A stretch of DNA of 32,000 bases from Phascolarctobacterium sp. GTDB taxonomy: Bacteria; Bacillota; Negativicutes; Acidaminococcales; Acidaminococcaceae. The notes beneath the pieces were generated by a model that made no database searches, was not told the origin of the DNA, and saw only the letters and a list, made by a program, of their open reading frames with translations. Below, in pieces: positions 24,792 to 32,000 of this stretch; position 1 is the stretch's first letter, and each line of letters begins with the position of its first letter. The translations under genes and the position numbers were made by a program. The stretch covers positions 8,563 to 40,562 of the forward strand of contig JAJQDY010000055.1 in assembly GCA_021201965.1 (NCBI GenBank), in the 5' to 3' direction.

Positions 24792-26057
24792 CTACAAATT
24801 CCCTATAAGGCGGAGGTAGAATTCGTCCCCGCCGTAAACGGCTTCGGCACTGAGAAATTCATGGATGCGGTAGCGCACGCCGTACTCGTTCCTGTTGCTG
24901 CCGGAAAAATGCTCCGTGCGCAGGCGCCATCTGGGTCCAAGGTAATATTCAAACTTCCAGTCGTTTTCGCTCTTTGGGATCCTCCTTGCATAGGTCCAGG
25001 CGCTCTTGCCCCAGTGATATGTATAGCCGAGGCCGAATATCCAGTCCATGTCATTTAAATAGACTTCCGCCTCGCCGAATACTTCATGATCGGTCAGGAG
25101 GAACCTGCCGACATGGGCCTTGCCGGACAGGTTGTTCTTATCCCTGCCCACATCGCCGTAACCTTCAAACCAGATTTTATACTCATTGGATGTGAGAAGG
25201 ATTTCAACATCCGTGTCAGGACCGGGGGTAATGCTGACCTTAGGTTTTAAGCGGTAAAGCTTACCGTCCGCCTCGTCTTCCAGCTGCGCCCTGAGGGACC
25301 CCGTGATTTCATCCCTGTTGCGTTTCACGTGTTCAACGGGAAGCCCGCGCAGCTTATCACATTCCACGCGGTATTTGTTTTTAAGTTTCATTAAAAGGAG
25401 GTTCGGAATTGCTTCTGACCTCAGTTCGTAATTTATGGTCCTTACCAGCTGCCCCACGGGATAGATGACAACCTGTACCACGGTCCTGTCGCCTTCCTGT
25501 ACAAGATCGACCGCCGCCTTGAATTCAGGGAGGGCATTTTCCACTTCATCCCTCACGATCCTTCTTAAGACGCCTACCGCCCAGTCGCTAGCATCAACCG
25601 ATGCTCCCCTTATGGTGTAGAGCAGGTCATTCTTAAGCTGCGGCATCCGCTCTTCAAGAAGCTCTGCTGCCGCAGGCTCCACGCCGGAAAACTGTATGTC
25701 AAGGTCCACGTTTTCTATGGTATTATTCCAGGGGTATATTTCAAGGGTTATATAAGTCGTCGGCCCGAGGGTCATATAGGTATTGCTTATTTCGTAGCCG
25801 GTAAGCACCCTGTCGCCGATTTCCGTAAGGAGCCTTGTATAGTCCACTTCAGAAAGGCGCACTATTTCCGTGTCCTTGTCCGCAAGGATCTGCTTGGCAA
25901 CCACCTGCATGCTGCTGCCCATTTTCCTGAGCAGCGGCCCGCTGGTGTCGCCCCTTATGTCAACGACATTCACGCTCACGCTGTCTATCGGCATAGAAAA
26001 AGCTTGCTGCAGCGGCATAAGTGCCAGTGCAGCAATGGTAAGAATCTTAAAATTCAT
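24792..26057 (-). CDS. exported protein of unknown function: three repeated alpha/beta-looking modules plus an aromatic-rich beta C-terminal domain (putative OM protein)
   Basis: Signal peptide is MNFKILTIAALALMPLQQAFS. Internal module ends recur: TYITLEIYP (about aa 109) and TVVQVVIYP (about aa 200). About 26 of the last 133 residues are W/Y/F, in an alternating pattern. SD GGAGAG lies in the 17 nt after the bamA stop. Confidence 0.6.
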   Translation of the reverse strand: MNFKILTIAALALMPLQQAFSMPIDSVSVNVVDIRGDTSGPLLRKMGSSMQVVAKQILADKDTEIVRLSEVDYTRLLTEIGDRVLTGYEISNTYMTLGPTTYITLEIYPWNNTIENVDLDIQFSGVEPAAAELLEERMPQLKNDLLYTIRGASVDASDWAVGVLRRIVRDEVENALPEFKAAVDLVQEGDRTVVQVVIYPVGQLVRTINYELRSEAIPNLLLMKLKNKYRVECDKLRGLPVEHVKRNRDEITGSLRAQLEDEADGKLYRLKPKVSITPGPDTDVEILLTSNEYKIWFEGYGDVGRDKNNLSGKAHVGRFLLTDHEVFGEAEVYLNDMDWIFGLGYTYHWGKSAWTYARRIPKSENDWKFEYYLGPRWRLRTEHFSGSNRNEYGVRYRIHEFLSAEAVYGGDEFYLRLIGNL

Positions 26058-26074
26058 ATATTTCTCTCCACAAA

Positions 26075-28324
26075 TCAGAATTGTCCGCCAAAGCTGAAAT
26101 GGAATTTACCTCCCGCATCGCCGTAGCCGTAATCAAGTTTAATGGGACCGAGAGGGGAATTGATGCGTATGCCGAAACCGCCGCTCGTCTTTACGAGGCC
26201 TAAATCGAAATAGTCCTCATGGCGTTTATCCCATGCGTAGCCGTTATCAATAAAGAATCCGCCCTGTACCCTCTTGGCCAGCGGGAAACGGTATTCAAGC
26301 GTTGCCTTTAAGAGGCTGTTGCCACGGAACTGGTCATCCTCGTAGCCACGCAGCGTATCGCTACCGCCCATGGAGAAGCGCTGTGACAGCGGCATGTCGC
26401 CGTGGGCATAGCCTCCGACGAGGTTCCACGCCCAGATCTGGTTCCTGCCGGCACGGTAATAATATCTCCCGTCTGCTGTAAGTTTGGTAAATGTAAAGTC
26501 ACCGCCGAGACCGGCCCATTCTACGCTGTAGCCTATGCGTTTGCCGGCATGCGGATCGTACTGGTTGTCGCGGGAATCGTATACGCGGCCGATCGTTACG
26601 CTCCTGGTGCGGCCGAAGTTCTCCTTGCGGCGTTCCCTGTAGTCCGTGGGATAGTAATCCTTCCAGTGTTTGCTGTTATTAAACTGCGGTTCGTAGTACT
26701 GGTTGGTATCGCCATTATAGCCGTCGGCCTGGCCGTCATAAATATCATCACGGTTCTTCAACGTGAGATAGTTGCTGATGAACTCATTATGCGTCTTCCA
26801 GCTCATGGTAATTTCCTGGCCCCTGCGCTTTTTATCATATCTTGCGATTTCGTGGCCGCCGATATCGTAATCCGCATATTCCGCAGTGATATCATATAGG
26901 TTAATGCTTGCCTGGGTTTCATGCTTATCTATCCAGGGTTTTACATATGTCAAATCGTAGTTCTTATCATCCTCGCCGCCAAACTCCCAGCGGAGCATAA
27001 CGCTGTCACCAGTGCCGCGGAAGTTCTTGTCGCCGATGGAGATCATGCCGATGAACCCGTCGGCGTCACTGTATCCTGCGCCTACGCCGAAGGTGCCGGT
27101 ATTCATTTCAACTACGGATATTTCAACCTCGACGCCGTTTTCCTCGCGTCCAGGATTTAATCTTACGTTAACGTCCTCGAAGAAGCCGAGGTTATAGATA
27201 CGCTGCATGCTGCGGCGGGCAAGTTTCGCATTGAAAGGTTCGCCTTTTTTCAGCCGCATTTCACGGGTAATTACGTAATCCTTACATTTTTTGTTGCCCT
27301 TAACCTTGAAATCCTCGACTATGCTTTCGTTTGCGGTTATGCTCAATGTCCCGTCCTGGGCCATGTGCACGTCGCTTACGCGGGCCAAAATATACCCGTC
27401 GGCACGGTACAGTTCCTCAAGTTTCTGGACCCTGGTATTAATATCCTTTAAATTGGCAGTATGGCCTGCAGGCATGTCAAACAGCCTATCTATCTTATCC
27501 TGTGCGATGACCGTATTGCCTTTTACTTCCAGTCTCTCATAAATGGGGTTTTCCATGACATGGTAGTTAACCTCGACGCCTTCGGGGACAAGGCGGAACT
27601 CCGGACGCATATCATAGAACCAGCCCATTTCATAAATGGCGCTCAAATCCTCACTGAGACCCATTTCCGTAAATTCCATGCCGGGCTTGGTTTTAAGGAC
27701 ACTCCTTATTTCGTTGTCCGTTACGACTGTATTGCCGCTGAAGATCTGCAGCGTTATGGTCCTCCCTATATAGGGCTGCAGGTTCAGTTCCAGCGGAATT
27801 TCCCTGGTGAGCATCTCTTCCTCTTCCTTAAGGAAGGGATCTTCAACCTGTTCCGGTTTTGCAATCACGTCACCTTCTGAACTTAAGGAAATACTTTCTT
27901 CACTTTTAGGCGGCTCTCCGGCATCCACCGGGATTACTTCCCCGCTCCCGCCGGTGTTGGGCAGCCTTATTTCCCCAATCACAGGGGCACTGTCAGCTTC
28001 AGGCTGCTGGGCCGAAGCATCAATTGCCGGTACCCCGCCCATAGTTTCATAGTAGTTCGGGATTAGCGTACCGTTTTTAGCGGCCTTTTTCGCCTTCTTC
28101 TGAAACTCCTTGGCCTCTTTCTTGGCTTTCTTCTGGGCCGCTTTCTCGGCCCTAAGCTCGTCATTCTGGGTCCTTACGTAAGGATTCCTTCCACCTGCAC
28201 CGATGGAAATCGTATCGGATGCAGACCGGTCCGAGCCGAAAGCGTCTTTCGCATAGGCTGGCACCTGCAGCATGGCAATCGCCAGTGCTACTGATATGAG
28301 TAGCAACAGCTTTTTCTTATTCAA
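26075..28324 (-). CDS. bamA: outer membrane protein assembly factor BamA (Omp85) with K/A-rich N-terminal extension
   Basis: It has a signal peptide, POTRA-like modules (about aa 180-420), and a barrel with ...GTFGVGAGYS..., ...LRGY... and a terminal ...KFHFSFGGQF. It is 749 aa. Confidence 0.9.
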   Translation of the reverse strand: MNKKKLLLLISVALAIAMLQVPAYAKDAFGSDRSASDTISIGAGGRNPYVRTQNDELRAEKAAQKKAKKEAKEFQKKAKKAAKNGTLIPNYYETMGGVPAIDASAQQPEADSAPVIGEIRLPNTGGSGEVIPVDAGEPPKSEESISLSSEGDVIAKPEQVEDPFLKEEEEMLTREIPLELNLQPYIGRTITLQIFSGNTVVTDNEIRSVLKTKPGMEFTEMGLSEDLSAIYEMGWFYDMRPEFRLVPEGVEVNYHVMENPIYERLEVKGNTVIAQDKIDRLFDMPAGHTANLKDINTRVQKLEELYRADGYILARVSDVHMAQDGTLSITANESIVEDFKVKGNKKCKDYVITREMRLKKGEPFNAKLARRSMQRIYNLGFFEDVNVRLNPGREENGVEVEISVVEMNTGTFGVGAGYSDADGFIGMISIGDKNFRGTGDSVMLRWEFGGEDDKNYDLTYVKPWIDKHETQASINLYDITAEYADYDIGGHEIARYDKKRRGQEITMSWKTHNEFISNYLTLKNRDDIYDGQADGYNGDTNQYYEPQFNNSKHWKDYYPTDYRERRKENFGRTRSVTIGRVYDSRDNQYDPHAGKRIGYSVEWAGLGGDFTFTKLTADGRYYYRAGRNQIWAWNLVGGYAHGDMPLSQRFSMGGSDTLRGYEDDQFRGNSLLKATLEYRFPLAKRVQGGFFIDNGYAWDKRHEDYFDLGLVKTSGGFGIRINSPLGPIKLDYGYGDAGGKFHFSFGGQF

Positions 28325-28338
28325 ATCCCAGGTCCCCC

Positions 28339-28776
28339 TTATTTACTGAGCTCCGTCTTGGCAGACCGTACCAGCCGGCGCATGTCGGCATTTGATATCA
28401 CTGGTCTTGCGACGGAGCGCTCGGCAGGCACTTCTCCGGAATAAACTTCTTTCCCGCTTGCTTCCTTTGCGCGGGCTTGAGCCTTCACTACGCTCTGGGT
28501 CACATCTGCCTGCATGGCATGCTGTGCCGAAACGCCGTGGTAATACCAGCCGCCGAACCCTGCCAGGACTAAAAGTATGGCCGTGCAGACCGCCAGCATG
28601 TGTCTGTTCCAATTCCATGGGACGTCACTTTTACGGCGCAGGTTTTTCAGCTCTGCTTCAGCAAGCATTAAATCAAGCTCGCCGCGCATGCCGTTATTAT
28701 CAAGAAAATTCTGTTCCGCATTTTCAAGACTGCTTTTTACGGTACGGATTCTCTGGGATACCTGTTTCTGTTCCAT
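28339..28776 (-). CDS. single-pass membrane protein, unknown function (anti-sigma-factor-like topology)
   Basis: It has about 58 aa of cytoplasmic helical N-terminus, the TM segment MLAVCTAILLVLAGFGGWYY, and about 65 aa outside. It lies 14 nt upstream of bamA and is the next gene after the sigma factor. No zinc-finger or other recognisable motif. Confidence 0.5.
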   Translation of the reverse strand: MEQKQVSQRIRTVKSSLENAEQNFLDNNGMRGELDLMLAEAELKNLRRKSDVPWNWNRHMLAVCTAILLVLAGFGGWYYHGVSAQHAMQADVTQSVVKAQARAKEASGKEVYSGEVPAERSVARPVISNADMRRLVRSAKTELSK

Positions 28777-28912
28777 AACGTGACCTACTTCCTGAAAAAT
28801 AGATGTAAATACATAATCCTTTTTTAAGATTTATTGACTTTCCGTTTTTTGGAGATTTTCCCCACATTACGCAGCTTATCTTGCGTTTACTTTTAAAATC
28901 ACCATTATATGA

Positions 28913-29548
28913 CTACTCTTTGTTAAGTTCGTGAATGAATTTTGAAAGCATGCTGCGTACCCTGCGCACTCCCTGCTTCTGCAAACGGTACACATGCCCG
29001 GGGCTTATATCAATGGCATCGGCTAAGGTTTTTGCCGTCTTGTCTTCAAGGTAAATGCCGGTTAAAACCATCTGTTCCTTCTGCGGCAGCCTTTCAATGG
29101 CCAGTGCCACTTTTTCCTGCAGCATCTGCTGTTCCACTATTTCAAGTGGCGATGTATCGGCAGATACAAGCGTATCACCGAGAATTACTCCTGATGTCGT
29201 TTCCCCTTCGAGGTAGAGCCGCCCCTTCCAAGAAATCTTTTTCAGGAAATCCATCATGCATCCCTTAATGCGGTATGAAGCAAAAATACTGAAGGCCACG
29301 CCGCGCGTATTGTCGTAATTTCCCGCAGCTTCAAGGAGTCCTACCATTCCTTCCTGGATAAGCTCCATGGTTTCCGCTTCAGGCAACGCGAAAGAAATGG
29401 CAATTTTAAATACTAGGGGCTGGTAGGAAGTCATGAGTTTCCTGTGCGCCTCGGTATCCCCTGCCCTCGTCTTCTCCCACAGGGAGTATTCTTCATCAGG
29501 CTGCAAAAGTTTTGTCTTACGCAGTTCTTCTAAGTATTTCTGCAGCAT
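28913..29548 (-). CDS. sigma-70 family RNA polymerase sigma factor (group 3, FliA/SigB-like architecture)
   Basis: Region 2 reads LVFKIAISFA...ELIQEGMVGLLEAAGNYD...FSIFASYRIKGCMMDFLKK. Region 4 HTH reads KTLADAIDISPGHVYRLQKQGVRRVRSML. It is 211 aa and starts 14 nt after the tamB stop. Confidence 0.85.
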   Translation of the reverse strand: MLQKYLEELRKTKLLQPDEEYSLWEKTRAGDTEAHRKLMTSYQPLVFKIAISFALPEAETMELIQEGMVGLLEAAGNYDNTRGVAFSIFASYRIKGCMMDFLKKISWKGRLYLEGETTSGVILGDTLVSADTSPLEIVEQQMLQEKVALAIERLPQKEQMVLTGIYLEDKTAKTLADAIDISPGHVYRLQKQGVRRVRSMLSKFIHELNKE

Positions 29549-29562
29549 TTTACACCTCCATG

Positions 29563-32000
29563 TCAGAATCTGATCCTATATTCGAGCTCTACCCAGTCAT
29601 CCGGATCCGTCAAACCATAGGTTCGGGAATATGCAAGATTTATATGCCTACTAATATCGTACTGTCCAAAGATACTTCTGTCAATACCATTGAAACTTGT
29701 CGTGTAGCCGATCATAAGATGCGACGTAAAGTATTTGCTTATCAGCATGTTGTAATGGTTCTTATCATCTGTGCTAAGTTCACTGCTGCTTGCCTGCTTC
29801 ATGGTTTCGAAACCGTCACCGCTCCTTATCTGTCCAGTGTAGATGCGGAACTGGTCAATACCCCGCGACTGCTTCAGCATCATCTCAACGTCGCCTAGGA
29901 CCGCCATCTGCAGGCCCACCGCCATGAGGTTTTGCATATCTTCACCGGTTATTTCATCCCCTCCGACTGCATCGGCACGCTGCAGTGTCAGCATACAGAT
30001 AATGGTATTCTGCTCGAGTGGCGGATTACTTGTAAGCTTCATGTTTATGTCTTCAATGGGCCCTTTAATGGTCACGTAAATATAGTACCTGCTGAAGCGG
30101 GCTTCGCTTTCAATATTTACCGTCGGGAAGAAAGTCCTCTTGGTCGGCCAGGAAAGTGATGCCTCTTTCAGCTTAAAGGGCGTGCGCAAATATGTAACCG
30201 TGCCGTGGTCCACGCTCAAATCGCCGCTGATATCCGGGAAAAGGCTGCTGCCTTCTATATGCATACTTTCTACTACCAACAGGTCGTAGAAGAATTTATT
30301 GAATAAATGAATCTTAGGACCGAGCTCTATATTAAGATCCAATCCGATATTGGTTCCGCCGTCCCCCATATCAGGAACCGTAGGAACATTAAAGAGTGCG
30401 TCTTCCACCCTTACATTGCCGCTTATCTTCGGCCGGTAGCCACTTTCCGCTTCCGTAGTTTCCGTGGCACGCTTCCTGTAACCTTCAGTCGTTATGGTAA
30501 GTTTGCTGTTCAGCCTGCAGGTCAGAATGTCTGATACGAGTTCCGCATCATTTGCCACGATATGCAGCATGTAGCTTTGGTCCTCGCTGCTGCGCAGGCC
30601 GTAGGTACCATTAAAGGCAATAGTGCCCTTGCCGAGCTGCGTGGAAAGATCATCCAGACGCACCTGGTCACCGTCAAAGACAAGCTCCGTATTGATTTTA
30701 TCTACAACTGTATCAGCGTCCTTTATCTTTATGCAGCCTTCTCTTATGGTAACGGAACCGAAAGTAAAGGGTTCTTCCAAAGTCCCCGCAAGGACTATGT
30801 TGCCGGCCGTTTCGCCAATTGCCCATTCAACCTGTTTGAAAAGGGCGGGCAGTATACCGAGCTGGGCCTCACTCATGTCGACATTAATCCTCATCTGGGC
30901 ATCCGGCTTGCGGCGCTCTTCTTTGGCGCACACAAGATCAACCTGGAGGAAGCCCCTGGCCTTGACGCTATAGATATCCTTTACAATATATGCCTCGGTT
31001 AAGGTAACCAGGTCATCGGCAAGTGTGAATTTCGTGGAAAGGGCATCAATCGGTGCCCCTGCAAAAGAGCCGTTAACTATTTCGGCATCTGCGCTGCCAG
31101 CCGGGTTATCGAAAGGTCACTGCACCTTGACCGCAATATTCATTTCACCTTTTATCTCAGGCGGATCCTTTACAAAGGCCATGGTAAGCATAGGATCTGC
31201 CTTCACCGCATTAAGCCCCACATCAATAGTCCTGCCGTCAAAATCGATCTGCCCGTCTATTATGATGCTGCCTTTGTCCGTTACGCCCTTTTTCTTCAGC
31301 AGATGGAAATTGTCAAAATAGAGCACGTCCTTTACCACATTGGCGTCAAAGAGCATATCGTTATAATGCAGTCTGTGGATGCGCACGTCATCTGCGGACA
31401 GCCGTAAAACCCAGCCGCTGCCGCTCCTGTGCGAATATGGCTGCTTAAATGAAGCCACGACCCTGTTGGTTGCGCCGCCATCAGCTTCCGCATGTCATGA
31501 TATATTCGTCAGCGACTCGCCATTAGCGATTATTTTATCGCTGCTGACATCGCCGGTAAAGACCGGCCTGTTAAGCGTTACCTTTAAAGTTCCCATGGCA
31601 TTCACAAAGCCGTCTATGTCATAATTCTTGTCCGATACGGGGAGCCTGTCGAGATCAAGATCCTTGGCATCCAGTTCAAAATCAATGCTGTTGTCGTAGA
31701 TGGACATGGTACCGTTCAGCTCAGCCTGGGTGGCCAGCGCGGCAATCTTGACATTCTTTATTTCCAAGTGCGACGGATCAATGTCATAGCTTCCCTTCAC
31801 CTTATCTATGAGGTAACCTTCTATACTACCCTTGGTGAGGCATAAATCACCCTTGGCACTGAAGCTGTTCATTGTTCCCCACACATGCATGTCGCTGTCA
31901 ATATCGCCGGTAAGGTCAAGATCCTGCCCGGCCGTCTTAAGCAGCGGTTCGATGCGTACGTGGTCTGATTTTATATCCAGGTCGAACACGGGATTATCCG
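29563..32000 (-). pseudogene. tamB: tamB (translocation and assembly module subunit, DUF490 C-terminus); 5' end outside window; frame interrupted by two in-frame TGA codons
   Basis: Track ORFs 31495..31989, 31117..31458 and 29563..30933 share one frame. Hand translation of the gaps shows no other stop. The TGAs are at 31495-31497 and 31117-31119. It has repetitive beta-rich sequence with G-x-h-x-x-P and ISG motifs, and ends ...DDWVELEYRIRF. Confidence 0.8.

Noticed and set aside
28777-28912. Promoter in the 136-nt sigma/membrane-protein spacer (TATAAT at the very start of the spacer; ACGCA-N8-TGCGT hairpin).
   Set aside because: The TATAAT has no acceptable -35 at 16-18 nt, and the hairpin lacks a T-run. 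I could not assign a promoter or terminator with any confidence, so I report the spacer only in a finding.
31060-31497. Selenocysteine insertion at the two tamB TGAs.
   Set aside because: TamB is not a redox enzyme, and the aligned paralogous positions are Gly rather than Cys. Downstream I only find 4-bp complementarities (for example CGGC...GCCG), nothing like a bacterial SECIS stem-loop.
29563-32000. Genome-wide TGA reassignment (code 4 Trp or code 25 Gly) as the explanation for the in-frame TGAs.
   Set aside because: TGA terminates at least 10 genes in this window at homology-appropriate ends: BamA ...GGQF, TamB ...YRIRF, LptA/LpxA/LpxB with ATGA overlaps, and the 1017..1421 gene just before its terminator. 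Reading through them would give implausible extensions.
1-32000. CRISPR arrays, tandem DNA repeats, prophage or toxin-antitoxin modules.
   Set aside because: I saw no regularly spaced direct repeats beyond the two 18-mers at 19534-19581. I saw no small paired ORFs or phage-like genes.

Overview
About 29 of the 32 kb (2.7-32 kb) is one minus-strand outer-membrane/LPS biogenesis supercluster. Its layout matches that described for diderm Firmicutes (Negativicutes-like); this taxon call is an inference from gene content and synteny only. In transcription order: tamB (runs off the right edge, broken by two in-frame TGA codons), a group-3 sigma factor, a single-pass membrane protein, bamA, an unknown 421-aa exported protein, three skp/ompH paralogs, lpxD, an LpxL-type acyltransferase, an lpxC-fabZ fusion, lpxA, lpxI, lpxB, msbA, a waaA-lpxK fusion, kdsB, kdsA, kdsD, kdsC, a second LpxL-type acyltransferase, lptC, a long lptA, lptB, one lptF/G-family permease, a DUF3084 protein, a YqgF-like nuclease and a cyclodeaminase-family protein. 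Two tRNA-Ser genes follow, each with its own consensus-like promoter. Most junctions are gaps of 17 nt or less or overlaps of 1-11 nt. The real breaks are 136 nt (sigma/membrane protein), 89 nt (good promoter before skp), 153 nt (repeat-bearing spacer before lpxA) and 107 nt (terminator plus extended -10 promoter before lpxB). The left 2.4 kb holds a partial gene, a secreted-protein gene whose ATG is put out of frame by an A8 tract, an AT-rich small secreted-protein gene between two terminators, and a PheC-like periplasmic binding-fold protein. I saw no CRISPR array, transposase or integrase. The leads most worth follow-up are the two Gly-position TGA codons in tamB, the sigma factor plus membrane protein between tamB and bamA, the uncharacterised 421-aa protein coupled to bamA, the repeat-bearing lpxA leader, and the DUF3084/nuclease pair coupled to the lpt genes. 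All family calls come from motif recognition by eye; no searches were run.
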